The notes: a model not told the origin generated them from the sequence alone. Positions 49,997 through 60,859 are shown, counted from the stretch's first letter. The stretch: DNA of 64,000 bases from Candidatus Bathyarchaeota archaeon (GCA_963702095.1 OY969706.1:1216001-1280000), one strand, 5' to 3'. Numbers and translations are program-made.

Positions 49997-50656
49997 CTAC
50001 ATTATCATGGAGACCATGCGGGCTGCGTCTGCGGCGTCCTCTGCTTTGTCTGCGGAGTTCTCAAGCATTTGCAGGACATCTCGGAGGAGCAACAATACAG
50101 GTGTGTCAAGTTTGCTGGCAAGGACTTTGATGCTTAAAGCGCGGTATTGTTCGTCGACTATGCGCTCGGCGATTTCGACGTCTTTGGCGCGTTCAAGGGT
50201 TTTCTGCGAGCCGTAGTTGAGGACCATCATGGTTTCGCGGAGTTTAAGGGTGGAATCCAAAACGGCTAAGCTGAGTTTAAGGAGGTCTTTTTTGATTTCT
50301 GGAGGTATAACCCAGTTGTGCTCCATAATCTCAAGCAAATAATATGCTATGCCCTCGCTGAAGTCGGCGATTTCACTGGAGAGGTTAGTGAACCGCAGGA
50401 AGTCTTCTCTTGCGTAGAGTATGGCACCGATTTCGGCGAGTTCTTGAGATACCATGCGCCTAGCGTTTATAACCTCTTCTTCGCCTGCTTTGATTTCACT
50501 GAAAAGTTTGCGGACCCCTTCTTTGTCTCCGCTGGCGAAGTACTCGACGAGTTGAGGGATTTTCCTAGACACATCGACTACTTTGCGTAGGTTATCTTGA
50601 CAAGCGTTGAGTGCACGCCTCTTCACACGTTCTTCTGTTTCGGATGGAAGTACCAT
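49997..50656 (-). CDS. DUF47/PhoU-like phosphate transport regulator
   Basis: REDFLR, ERIVDE, LENSADKAEDAAD. Confidence 0.85.
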   Translation of the reverse strand: MVLPSETEERVKRRALNACQDNLRKVVDVSRKIPQLVEYFASGDKEGVRKLFSEIKAGEEEVINARRMVSQELAEIGAILYAREDFLRFTNLSSEIADFSEGIAYYLLEIMEHNWVIPPEIKKDLLKLSLAVLDSTLKLRETMMVLNYGSQKTLERAKDVEIAERIVDEQYRALSIKVLASKLDTPVLLLLRDVLQMLENSADKAEDAADAARMVSMIM

Positions 50657-50735
50657 GTCTGCTCTTTATCCCCCGCTATATATAGGTCTAATTATTCATT
50701 CAACTTAACACATGTCTATTAAAAAAGGTAGCTGC

Positions 50736-52507
50736 TTAAGTTTTGATTTGGCTCCCTAAATCAGCAAAGTTTGCTTTGCAAGCAAAGTACTGGTGCAATA
50801 GTTTGGGCAGGTCAGCGATGGGTGTGCGGACTTGTTGCCAGCTGTCGCGGTCTCGGATTGTAACTGTGCCGTCGCTCAACGTATCATAGTCGATGGTTAT
50901 GCCAAGTTGGACGCCTGCTTCATCCGCCCGCGCGTAACGTCTGCCGATGCTGCCTGTTTCGTCGAAGTCAGTCATGAAGCCTTCACATGCAAGCATCCGT
51001 TGGACTTCTTTGGCTTTAGTGTCCATGCCATCTTTGCTCATCAAGGGGTAAACGCCCACCTGAATGGGTGCAATACTTCGCGGGAAACTCAGCACAACAC
51101 GGTCATCTTTTACGCCATACGCATATTCCAAGGCAACATAGAAGAGGCGGTCGCAGCCGAAACTGGGCTCAACCACATGGGGCACAAACCGTTTGCCACG
51201 CACTGTGGTTTTCTGTTTGCCGATGTCAACTTGTTCCTTTAGGATTTGGTAGCCGTCAACCATTATGCTGCCGTCTTTTGCCATGGCATCCGCCACTTGC
51301 TGGGCAGGAACTTTGGCGAGTGCCGCCGCTGCTTTGCCTGCGTCGCCCTTGTAGACGGGGCCAAATTTAGCCATGAGGGGTTTAACAGCTAATTCCTCGG
51401 TTTCGACGGGATTGGGATATTCCTTGTAAACGGTCATGTCGACGCCGCTGGCTTTCATGTGGCAGGTTAAGTCAAAGTCGGTGCGGTAAGCGTGCCCAGA
51501 CACCTCAACCCAGCCCCAACGGTCAACCAGCACCTCTTGGTCGAAACTCTGCGTGCTGTAATGAGCTTTTTCCCATGTCAATTTTTCGAGGAAACGCTGT
51601 TTCTCCGCTGGGACGCCGAGTTCGGTTAGAAGGCGTTTGGCTTGCGCCATAAAATAGGCTTGCCATTCGCTTTGGATGACGCCTTTGTCGAGTGCTTCGC
51701 GAACGGTGAAGTTTGTGACGTCTTGGCATTCCTTTAGCCGAGTATCACAAAGAAGAATCGGAAGCACTTCGCTTTCAACCTCACAAATCCTGTCGCATGT
51801 TGATTCTTCAGGGTCAAAGAAAAACTCCAAATCCGCGATGGTGAATTCCCGCAGGCGAATGAGGCCTTGGCGCGGCGAAATCTCGTTACGCAGTGCCTTG
51901 CCGATGTTGATACAGCCAAACGGCAGTTTTTCTCGGGCGGCGTTGTAGAGGCGGTTGAACTCCACGAAGATGTTTTGGGCGGCTTCGGGTCTGCCGTAGC
52001 CCACTGAGCCCGCGTAGGGGCCGATGGTGGTTTCGAACATGGTTAGGTAGCGGGTTGGTTCGCCGAAGGTGCCTTTACAGTCTGGACACATAATTTCATG
52101 GCGTATCAGTTCTTCCCTGATTTCGTCCAGAGTCATTTTCTCTGCTTCCGCTGAACTGATACCCTTTTCCTCAAGTAGGTGGTCGGCACGGAACCGTGTG
52201 TGGCAGTTCTGGCATTCGACCATGGGTTCTTTGAAGTGCGCCACATGCCCCGATGCCTCAAACACTTTGGCGGGGGCGATGACTGAGGATTCCATTTCGA
52301 AGATGCCGATTTTTTTAACCATCAAGTCCCGCAGGCGCCCCTCAACATTCTGTTTTAATCGTGCGCCCAGGGTCCGTATGTGACAAAGCCGCCGCTTCCA
52401 CCGTAGATTTCGAAGCTGTTCCAGAAGAAGCCACGGCGCTTAGCCAATTCGTTGACCGCAACGAATTTGTCGCATTCGACTTTGCTGCATTTGACTTCGC
52501 TGCTCAA
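50736..52507 (-). CDS. glyS: glycine--tRNA ligase (alpha2 type), -1 frameshift near 52371
   Basis: RRGFF..SFEIYGG...YGP/LG, RPEAAQ, RNEISPRQGLIRLREF, VVEPSFG, SIGRRYARADE. Confidence 0.93.
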
Positions 52508-52825
52508 AGTGATTACCTGTTTTATCCATTTAGGATGCCTTAACAATTAAAACATTACCATGTCGCAGTGGCTTAGTGGATTTACTGAGGGCTGTTTTTC
52601 TAGGTATAAGAAGAAGGAAACGACCGCCCTTACACAACAACTTCCAGCGAACTTGGCTTTGGCGCCTGTTTTGGCGTCAGTATATGGATTGCGTTGCAGG
52701 CTGGTTGTGGATAAATCTACAAGCTGTTCAGCGGCTTTTCGAAGTCCAAAAAGCTGGACTTGCCCGTTTAACCGAGTTTTGTTTGGTCTACAAACGAGGA
52801 ATTAAATACTAATTCGCCATGACGC

Positions 52826-53770
52826 TTGCAGGTGAAACCTTTGGGTAGCGAGGGCGAATTTGAAAAGGACCGAGAAAGAGCAGAAGTGTTCGATGCCCTC
52901 GGTCACCCAACGCGGATTCTGATACTAAAAGCCCTCAGCGAAGAGCCCCTTGGCTTCGCCGACCTAAAAAAGAAAACAGGTATCGACAGCAGCGAGCCTT
53001 CAACATCACCTCACCAAACTCAACAGCCTAATCAAAACCGACGCCTATGGCAAATATTGCCTCTCAGACCAAGGCAAAGACGCCCTCTTAACGGTGCAGA
53101 CAGTAGAGAATGCCTCGCCGAAGAATATTGCCTAACCAGAGAAGGCTAGCCGCCGTTTTAGGGGAAGGCGGGGTCTTAAACTGGTGGTTGTTCTTTTTGC
53201 GGTTCTTCTGCTTGTGAGTTCAGCCGTTGCAGTATTGGACTATACTCAAACATTGAACTTGCATATCATTTACCGAAACGTTGTGGTCGGTGAGTTTGTT
53301 AAACTCGACTCAGACTCTTCAATGACTGATTATGTTGCAAACATAACGGACGGCAAAACGGTTGTGGGGTCCATATTCTTCCTCATAACCTCTGCCCCCG
53401 CCAACTCCAGCAGTGCAGATAACCATCAAATTACCTGTCAGCTTATCGCTAAACCCAACTATCAAGTCGGCTCCTTCACACTGACCTTCTCTTCAGGCAG
53501 CAGCAAAGTTTGTCGATGTCAGTCCAACCTTTTGGGTATGGCTATCCGCCGGTAGATTTTTACACCGATAATTTGAACACCGTTTTTAGCTTTAATAACC
53601 TCGGCTCGCTCTATGGCACATACACCCAAGACTTCTTTTTCAACCTCCTATCCAGTCGAGGACTCAACCAAATAAACATAGCAGCCACCATGTCAATGCA
53701 TTACACAACAAACCCACTAACTGAACTCAAAACACAAACATCACTCACCGCACCTATTCCAACAGGATAA
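52826..53770 (+). pseudogene. ArsR-type wHTH + TM + extracellular domain protein, disrupted
   Basis: FDALGHPTRILILK...LQHHLTKL across a frameshift (~52995), in-frame TAA 53133-53135, second shift ~53510. Confidence 0.7.
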
Positions 53771-53786
53771 ACTGAGTTGCTGTTGT

Positions 53787-54056
53787 TTGCAGTCACACAT
53801 TCTTATTAATGCCTGCAAGCCAATTTTTAGCGGTGATGTTTTGGATAAACTAGGCACTCAAAGCTGCATCCGAGATGCCCTCTACCACATAAAAAACGAC
53901 GTCCAATACCCAGCCACCAAAGAGGAAATCATGCGAGCCTGCTCCAACATCAAAGAAGTCCCCTCCCAAGAGCGCGAATGGCTGGACCTCAACATTCCCA
54001 ACCGTACGTTTGGCGACCCCGAAGAAGTAATAATTGCGCTCTTCGACAAAGTGTAG
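53787..54056 (+). CDS. small DUF2795-like protein
   Basis: VQYPATKEEI...IPNRTFGDPEEV. Confidence 0.55.
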   Translation: MQSHILINACKPIFSGDVLDKLGTQSCIRDALYHIKNDVQYPATKEEIMRACSNIKEVPSQEREWLDLNIPNRTFGDPEEVIIALFDKV

Positions 54057-54061
54057 GGCAG

Positions 54062-54865
54062 CTATGGCTTTTTTGCTTCCACTTCCAGCCTAACCATAGC
54101 CAAATGCACAGTGCCATCAGCATCCGCAGGGTGATTGGCGATGTAGAGGCTAACAATTTCCCCCACAAAACTCTCACGCAACTCAGCAGGCACCCGCTCA
54201 GTAAAAGGCAACCATGTCGTGCGAACCCAACCCGTCATTCCCTCAGCGCTGGGAAACTTCATGTCCCGAGGGAAAAGTTCCACCCGCACCGGCTCCAAAC
54301 CCGCCTGTACCAGCAGTTGCCTGTATTCTTGGGGGTTTAGGAATGCGTAGGGAAAAATGAAGTGGCTGAAGTAGTGTTGCCACTGTGGCATCAAAAGCAG
54401 TTCATCAAAGAGTTGCAGGATAGCCTGAGCGTTGCCTTTGCCTGCCATTTGAAACAGGATTCTGCCGTTGGGTTTTAGGCTTCTCTCAACGCCTTTGAGA
54501 ACCTTTTTCTGGTCCACTATCCAGTGCAGGGCGGCGTTGGAGAATGCTATGTCGAATTCGTCTTGGAAGCTGAGTTCCCGTGCATCCATCAACCTAAAAC
54601 TCAAGTTCGGGTGCTGAGAGCCGCCAAAAGTTGACTGCGCCAGGCTAATCATCTGCGCCGAACTGTCGACCCCTACCCCCTTGCCGCCTGGGAGGCATCG
54701 GGCGATTTCAGCGGTGATTTTTCCGTCGCCGCAACCGACGTCAAGTAAGGCTTCATTGCCCCTAAGTTTGAGTTTGGGAAGGAGCTCTTGTGCCCATTGA
54801 AACTGGTTTTGACTGTTTTTAGCGTAGTCTTTTGCGTCCCAAACATAATTTTTAGGTGCAGACAT
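54062..54865 (-). CDS. class I SAM methyltransferase (Tam-like)
   Basis: WDAKDY, LDVGCGDG, FSNAALHW. Confidence 0.9.
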   Translation of the reverse strand: MSAPKNYVWDAKDYAKNSQNQFQWAQELLPKLKLRGNEALLDVGCGDGKITAEIARCLPGGKGVGVDSSAQMISLAQSTFGGSQHPNLSFRLMDARELSFQDEFDIAFSNAALHWIVDQKKVLKGVERSLKPNGRILFQMAGKGNAQAILQLFDELLLMPQWQHYFSHFIFPYAFLNPQEYRQLLVQAGLEPVRVELFPRDMKFPSAEGMTGWVRTTWLPFTERVPAELRESFVGEIVSLYIANHPADADGTVHLAMVRLEVEAKKP

Positions 54866-55067
54866 CTAATCGCCCCTTATGCATTGGGATGGCAGGTGGC
54901 TCTAAAAGCTTTGGTGCGGCAGCGGCCTTTTTTGCCATTTTAGCCTGCAAAGAGCGGATGATTTGCCATGGGGGCGAGCGCTTTTTCCGAAGTTTATTTA
55001 AGGCAAACCCCACATAGCCTCATATAGCGTGGAGCTTTCAATTGCATTTGGAGAAGGTTTGGGCTGG

Positions 55068-56105
55068 ATGAAAAACAAATTATTCACGATTTTACTGATT
55101 AGTTTTTTAGTTTTCTCAACTTTAGGCGTGGTGTTGGCTGAACAGGTACAGTGCCCCAAATGCCATGGCACAGGAGAGATCACGTGCCCAACCTGCGACG
55201 GCACAGGCCAAATCGCCAGCGGCGACAACGCAGCCTGCCCAACATGCGACGGAACCGGCGAAGTTAAAGCAAAAATGACTTTGGTCTCAATGGACCCCCA
55301 CGTTGAGAACGAACAAACAATCGTAAACGCCGTCTACAAAAACCAAGAAGACATCGACGTCACCGCAACCATAACCGCATCCATCCAAGAACACAGCACC
55401 ACCTCACAGGAAATGACTTTTCCCCCAGGCGAAGACGTTCCGGTGACGCTTACGATTGATTTCGTCGGCACCTATTCGATGCTGCAGCTCGTACAGAGCG
55501 TACGCATCTCTGCCGACCCCACAACAATGGTTACTTGCCCCGACTGCGGCGGAACAGGAATCAGCGTCCAAGCACTTTGTCCCGATTGCCACGGAACAGG
55601 AGAGATAACGTGCCCCGACTGCAAAGGCTCAGGCTACGTTGAAGCAGGCTTTCTCACTGGGCGACTCGGCAGCGGACTTAGCCCCACAGTCATCGGCGGA
55701 GCAGGAGCAGGCGTCGCCATCGCTTTAGTCGCTGTTGCCTCGGTTGTGGTGATGAAGAAAAGGCGGATTAGCGAAAAAAGCCTCCGCAAAAAGTCAAGCG
55801 GTGAATTCCAGCAGTGGGTGCTCAAAAAACTCGACGGCACCCCAGCCACCAGCAAAGACATCGCATTGGGCATTGACGGGTACACGCGGCTACACGAACC
55901 CATCGCAATTAAACAATCCGACAGCGTTGGCTTAGCCGTCATCGACAGCTTCGCGGCATCGTTGGCACGTAACCGCGCCCGAGGAGGAACAATTGTGGCT
56001 TTCGGTTTCAGCGACGACGCAGTCAGAGGAAAAATCCGTGCCCGCACTACCTACCGCTTAAACTTAGAGTTGATGACTGTCCAAGACATCATAAACAGAA
56101 GATAA
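55068..56105 (+). CDS. membrane protein: exported CxxCxGxG repeats, TM, cytoplasmic Mrr-like nuclease-fold domain
   Basis: Signal peptide; 6 CxxCxGxG; TM + KKRR; EFQQWV...GIDG...PIAIKQSDSVG...IVAFGFS. Confidence 0.75.
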   Translation: MKNKLFTILLISFLVFSTLGVVLAEQVQCPKCHGTGEITCPTCDGTGQIASGDNAACPTCDGTGEVKAKMTLVSMDPHVENEQTIVNAVYKNQEDIDVTATITASIQEHSTTSQEMTFPPGEDVPVTLTIDFVGTYSMLQLVQSVRISADPTTMVTCPDCGGTGISVQALCPDCHGTGEITCPDCKGSGYVEAGFLTGRLGSGLSPTVIGGAGAGVAIALVAVASVVVMKKRRISEKSLRKKSSGEFQQWVLKKLDGTPATSKDIALGIDGYTRLHEPIAIKQSDSVGLAVIDSFAASLARNRARGGTIVAFGFSDDAVRGKIRARTTYRLNLELMTVQDIINRR

Positions 56106-56113
56106 CCCAAGCA

Positions 56114-56665
56114 CTATACGGGCAAGTGCATTTCGCCCACTGAGTAATACACTATTTCGCCGCGTCGATTCATAACGGCTAAAATCAACTCTTTCTTTTG
56201 AGTCTGGCACTTCTGCAGTGCACCCGCCAAATCATCAATCGGCAATGGCTTACCCTCCTGCGTCCCCAAAATCAAGTAGGGCGCAGTGTCCTTGCCGTAT
56301 GCCCCGCGCTCGTAGATGCGGAAGTCGATGCCGACGCCGAAGCCCTCGCGGACCACGTAGCCTCGGCTGCGTAGGTCGCGGTAGATGAGGTAGTTGACCC
56401 ATGCGTTCTCGTTGACGTTTTCGTAGCAGTGGAGCAGGTTTTGGAAATCCACCGCTGAGCCGTTTGTGTCTTTGACTTCAAGCATGCCTTTGTCTTGGAG
56501 GTAGAGCGATTCAAAAAAGGTCAACGTGAAAGCTTTGTCTTCTAGGGTGCCGTAGCCGCGTTGGGTAAGCGCGTCTATACTGCTCTGCTCGGTTACCTGC
56601 ACGCCTTTCTCAGTTAGGATACCGCTGGTTTGGAATTCCACTGGAGGCTTTTTGGGTTCACTCAT
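56114..56665 (-). CDS. tRNA splicing endonuclease, structural (beta) subunit
   Basis: YRDLRSRGYVVREGFG..DFRIY, lacks the catalytic His, ends EIVYY. Confidence 0.85.
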   Translation of the reverse strand: MSEPKKPPVEFQTSGILTEKGVQVTEQSSIDALTQRGYGTLEDKAFTLTFFESLYLQDKGMLEVKDTNGSAVDFQNLLHCYENVNENAWVNYLIYRDLRSRGYVVREGFGVGIDFRIYERGAYGKDTAPYLILGTQEGKPLPIDDLAGALQKCQTQKKELILAVMNRRGEIVYYSVGEMHLPV

Positions 56666-56691
56666 AAGGTACCGCTACTTTTTGGGTGATG

Positions 56692-57714
56692 TTATAGTTT
56701 TCCTTTCTTAAACGCGCCAAAATCCTTGCTATAATACACTTTTGTTTCACAGATAATCGCTGACACATACTTAAGCGGCGTCGCGTCGAAGGCAGGGTTG
56801 TAGACTGCAACTCCATCGGGAGCGGTTTGTTGGCAGCCGACATGGGTGACTTCTTCTGGTTTGCGTTCTTCGATGGTGACGTCTGCGGCTTTACAGGACA
56901 GGTCAAAGGTGGATTTGGGCGCGGCAACATAGAAGGGGATGCCATGTTCATGCGCCAAAACAGCGACTCCGTAGGTGCCGATTTTGTTGAAAACCGCGTC
57001 CTGCACGATGCGGTCGGCGCCGACGATGACTTTGTCTACTAAGCCTTTACTCATACAGTGGGCTGCCATGTTATCAGTGATTAAGGTAACTGGGATGCCG
57101 TCACGTTTCAACTCGTAAGCCGTGAGGCGTGCACCTTGGAGCAGCGGTCGGGTTTCGTCGGCGATGACTTTGATTTTTTTGCCCTCTTCCCATGCCGCGC
57201 GGATAACGCCCAAGGCTGTGCCGTATTCGACGGTTGCGAGTTCGCCTGCGTTGCAGTGGGTCAGAATGGTGTCGCCGTCAGCTATGAGTACGGAGCCGTT
57301 TTTGCCTATGGCATGGTTTTGTGCGGCGTCTTCGTCGGTGATTGCCTGCGCCTCGGCAATGACCGCCGACTTGATTTCTTCAACTGAGCCAGGTGTGGCT
57401 TTGGCTTTTGCCAAGACACGGTCGACGCCCCAGAACAAGTTCACCGCGGTGGGCCTCTGGTTTTTGATTAGGGTGCCTGCGGCTTCAAGTTCTTTGAGCA
57501 GCTGCATGGGGGTTTTGGCTTTGGAGTTGTATGCAGCTAAGGCGACGCCGAAGCCTGCTGCTGCACCCAGAAGGGGAGCACCTCGGACACGGAGCACTTT
57601 TATGGCTTCCGCCATCTGCTCCACCGATTTAATTTCCAATGTGACTTCTTGGAGGGGCAGTTTGGTTTGGTCTGGCGTGATTACGGTGCCGTTTTGCCAT
57701 TTAATCATCCGCAT
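56692..57714 (-). CDS. mtnA: S-methyl-5-thioribose-1-phosphate isomerase (eIF2B-like)
   Basis: VRGAP, RPTAVNL, THCNAGELAT..GTA, ETRP, NKIGTY. Confidence 0.9.
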   Translation of the reverse strand: MRMIKWQNGTVITPDQTKLPLQEVTLEIKSVEQMAEAIKVLRVRGAPLLGAAAGFGVALAAYNSKAKTPMQLLKELEAAGTLIKNQRPTAVNLFWGVDRVLAKAKATPGSVEEIKSAVIAEAQAITDEDAAQNHAIGKNGSVLIADGDTILTHCNAGELATVEYGTALGVIRAAWEEGKKIKVIADETRPLLQGARLTAYELKRDGIPVTLITDNMAAHCMSKGLVDKVIVGADRIVQDAVFNKIGTYGVAVLAHEHGIPFYVAAPKSTFDLSCKAADVTIEERKPEEVTHVGCQQTAPDGVAVYNPAFDATPLKYVSAIICETKVYYSKDFGAFKKGKL

Positions 57715-57740
57715 ACTATTAGCCTCAATGCATATTGCTG

Positions 57741-58178
57741 CTAAGTTGGTGTTTGGGTCGCTTTAAGTTTTTCTGGTGGTAGTCGTGGCTGGATTAGGTC
57801 GATGAGGTTGCCATAGAGGTCTTCGAAAACCGCGTCTTTGCCCCATTCACGGTCTTCTGGATGCGTTATGAAATTGACGCCTTTATCTTTGAGTTCTCTG
57901 TAGTCGCGTTCAAAGTCATCAGTTCGAATAGACAAAAAGACATTGTCGCCTGCTTGTTTACCCACCGCAGCTTCTTTCTCTTCAGTATCCGCCAAAACCA
58001 GCGAAATTTCCACGTCTGGTTGATCTTTGAGCGAAACAGTTAGCCACCGTATGCTCTGAAACCAAACTTTGACATCTAAACGTTTGATGAATCCAAGTTT
58101 TTCAGTGTAAAATTTTAGGGCTTCGTCTTGATCACGTACTAGAAGAACAATATGGCGAAGTATTTTCATAGGATACAC
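57741..58178 (-). CDS. VOC/glyoxalase family protein
   Basis: VRDQDEALKFYTEKLGF...FEDLYGN. Confidence 0.9.
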   Translation of the reverse strand: MYPMKILRHIVLLVRDQDEALKFYTEKLGFIKRLDVKVWFQSIRWLTVSLKDQPDVEISLVLADTEEKEAAVGKQAGDNVFLSIRTDDFERDYRELKDKGVNFITHPEDREWGKDAVFEDLYGNLIDLIQPRLPPEKLKATQTPT

Positions 58179-58220
58179 TTTCTGCTTATAATAGAAGAAG
58201 AAACGTGGGATAAAACTTTT

Positions 58221-58988
58221 CTAAGAAGTATCAAAGGGGGATTTTAGGTGGGTGACTACTTCCACTGGAGAGTCTTCGCCGCCTTTGAGCCGCTTCTTCC
58301 ATTCCTCACCGACCGCGATAAGCGAGAATATGCCTGAGACTTCCGCCTTGGACTTTTTGACAAGGGTAACGAGGGCTTCTTGGGTTTCGCCGCTCTTAAT
58401 CATGTCGTCCACAACAAGCACCGAGTCACGTTTCTTGATGGATTCTTTGGGAATATAGAGCGTTACTGTGACGCCGCTGTCGCGGCCTAGGATGTAGGTT
58501 TCCTCTAAGAAGGCTTTGACGCCGACTTCTTTGTTACGTTTGGCAACTATGAGGTTGACACCTAATGCGTTGGCAACCATGGTGGCTAAGGGGATGCCGT
58601 CGGTGGCTGCGGTGAGGATTTTCGTGACCCGTTTGCCCGCGAAGTTGGCGAGGGCGTGGTTAGCGGCTTGCTGGAGGATGTTGTAGTCGCCGACGATTTC
58701 GGTGTTGTCAAAGTAGCCGATGTCGTCGAATTTTATTCTGCTACGCAGTTCCGCTTCTAATCCGACGAGTTTGGTTAGTACACGCCAGAGTTGTTTGGCT
58801 CGGGTGGTGTTGGGTAGGACATGGCCTTTGGCGTAGCGGCTCAGCACAGTGACGGGTAAGCCTGTTTTGGAGGCTAACTCGCGGTAGGTGATGTTGCGTT
58901 TATACTTTGCAGTGCGTAGTAACTCGATGGTCATGAGGCGAAGTTTTAGGTCTTCTGCGTGAGTGCTCAATTTTCCCTTTACTCCCAA
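58221..58988 (-). CDS. HTH + phosphoribosyltransferase protein (PurR/Apt-like regulator)
   Basis: TYRELASKTGLPVTVLSRY HTH; VLVVDDMIKSGET PRPP motif. Confidence 0.85.
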   Translation of the reverse strand: MGVKGKLSTHAEDLKLRLMTIELLRTAKYKRNITYRELASKTGLPVTVLSRYAKGHVLPNTTRAKQLWRVLTKLVGLEAELRSRIKFDDIGYFDNTEIVGDYNILQQAANHALANFAGKRVTKILTAATDGIPLATMVANALGVNLIVAKRNKEVGVKAFLEETYILGRDSGVTVTLYIPKESIKKRDSVLVVDDMIKSGETQEALVTLVKKSKAEVSGIFSLIAVGEEWKKRLKGGEDSPVEVVTHLKSPFDTS

Positions 58989-59151
58989 ATACGCTTATAC
59001 ACTTATGCGTCAAATAATATATTGTTAGTTAATACTGTATCTTGAAGATTTATAACTTTCCGTTAAAAACTCAGGCAAGAAAATGAAAAGTTAAAAATGC
59101 TCCTTGGAGGCTTTAGTATTTGCTAAACTGCTCGCTTATTTAACCAAGCGA

Positions 59152-60153
59152 CTAAATCATTGAGACAAAACTGCCTATGCCTCTTTTAATAGCTTTGTCA
59201 TAGGCAATTTTCGCCGTGACAGCATCCTGCACAGCCAAACCAGTTGAGGTGAAAACAGTAATTTCTTCATCGTCTATTCTGCCCGCTTTCAAGCCAGCGG
59301 TGATTTCACCGATTTCAGCCCACACATCATCCCTAGTGAAGACTTTATCCTGGAGCAGCAAGGGAACATTTATTTCACCACAGTGAGAAGCCTGCTCCCA
59401 ATCGTCAATAACAGTCTTTGCCCGCTTCAAAATCAGCGGATCAAGCTCTTCTTTTCGTAGCGCGTCAGCGCCGATACAGTTGATATGCATCCCCGGAGAA
59501 ATCATGTCATCGAGCACCAGCGGCACCTTTGAAGGGGTTGTGGTGACAACTATATCTGTGCCTTCCACGGCATCTTTAACTTTTTGTTCAAGAACAAACT
59601 TGCATGCATGACCATATTCCTTTTCAGCTTCGGTTAGAAAAGCGCTTTCTGTTTGAGGATGCCTGCTCCAGATACGGACCTCTTCGAGGTTCTTGAAAAC
59701 TTCAAAAAGCGCCATCAACTGCGTGCGAGCCTGTGCTCCGGCGCCCACGAAACCGACGACTTTAGAGTTTTTTCTGGCGAGATATTTTGCTGCAATGCCG
59801 CCTGCGGCGCCTGTTCTCATATCCGTCAAGGTTGTGCCACCCATTATTGCAAGGGGAAATCCCTTTGAGGGGTCGATTAATACTATGACTGCCATAACCG
59901 TGGGAAGTTTATGTTTAGAGGGGTTGTCTGGGTGAACATTTACGATTTTCACGGCTGAGATGTCGAGTTCTTCGAGGTAACTGGGCATTGTTCGCAAGTC
60001 GCCGTTGTATTTATCGTAGGTTAAGTAGACCTTCGCAGGCATCTGAACCCGACCCAACCCCTTTTGCTTGAAAGCTAATTCAACTGCCTCCATAACCTCC
60101 GATATTGAGAGAAGTTGTTTCACTTGATCGTCCGTTAGCAGTAGAGTCTCCAA
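59152..60153 (-). CDS. ala: alanine dehydrogenase (ornithine cyclodeaminase/mu-crystallin family)
   Basis: GDLRTMP, KIVNVHPDN, RTGAAG, GAGAQA, STGLAVQD. Confidence 0.82.
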   Translation of the reverse strand: METLLLTDDQVKQLLSISEVMEAVELAFKQKGLGRVQMPAKVYLTYDKYNGDLRTMPSYLEELDISAVKIVNVHPDNPSKHKLPTVMAVIVLIDPSKGFPLAIMGGTTLTDMRTGAAGGIAAKYLARKNSKVVGFVGAGAQARTQLMALFEVFKNLEEVRIWSRHPQTESAFLTEAEKEYGHACKFVLEQKVKDAVEGTDIVVTTTPSKVPLVLDDMISPGMHINCIGADALRKEELDPLILKRAKTVIDDWEQASHCGEINVPLLLQDKVFTRDDVWAEIGEITAGLKAGRIDDEEITVFTSTGLAVQDAVTAKIAYDKAIKRGIGSFVSMI

Positions 60154-60277
60154 TTAATCCACCTCAAAACTCAAATAATTACTCTGTAGAAATCGTTAAT
60201 ATAATTATGCGTATTCTGGGGTAACTGGCAATTTTTTAGGCTTGAGCAACAACAGTGTTTTTTAAATTGAACCGCAA

Positions 60278-60859
60278 ATGCTATACAACAAAGGGGGAAA
60301 AGGGACGCATCGCATACAGAAACTGTTCATAATCGCCTTGTTCGGCGCCATCATCTTCGTCGGCAACATGTTCCTGCCGCCGCCACTCAACTACCTCATA
60401 ATCGTCGTCCAAGCCGTCCTCCTCGCACTGAGCACGCTGTTCATCCACAAAATCGGAGCCATGTACGTCGGCGCAGTCGGCGGCTTACTCACCGCGTTGG
60501 GCAGCCCAGCTTTGGGGCCCTTCACATTTTTCTTCGCCTTCCTCTACGGCTTCTACGTGGACCTCTCTGTCTACCTCTTCAAAATCAACGGTTCCCGAAC
60601 TGGAGTCAACGAAAAAAGACTCATAGCCGCCATGTCAATCAGCACCCTACTGATCGCATTTTCAAGCTACCTCGCTTTCTCTATGGCGCCTGCTTTCTCC
60701 TCCGCACAAGGCTTAAGCTATGCGGGACTCTTTATCCAGCGCAGCCCCATGCTTGATGCACTTGTCCTCTTTATGGGTCCGGCAACGGGCGCAGTTGCCG
60801 GTTACGCGGCGGCGTATCTATGGAACAAGTACCTGCGGCACATGAGCTTCACTGCTTGA
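60278..60859 (+). CDS. ECF S-component-like membrane protein
   Basis: 5-6 TM, IALFGA (AxxxA) motif. Confidence 0.55.
   Translation: MLYNKGGKGTHRIQKLFIIALFGAIIFVGNMFLPPPLNYLIIVVQAVLLALSTLFIHKIGAMYVGAVGGLLTALGSPALGPFTFFFAFLYGFYVDLSVYLFKINGSRTGVNEKRLIAAMSISTLLIAFSSYLAFSMAPAFSSAQGLSYAGLFIQRSPMLDALVLFMGPATGAVAGYAAAYLWNKYLRHMSFTA

Noticed and set aside
55150-55635. CxxCH heme-c motifs (CPKCH, CPDCH)
   Set aside because: They are part of CxxCxGxG repeats; the other four repeats lack His
57122-57766. Long antisense ORFs (also 14751-15161, 30926-31360, 51676-52383, 63004-63504)
   Set aside because: Shadow frames of well-supported genes on the opposite strand
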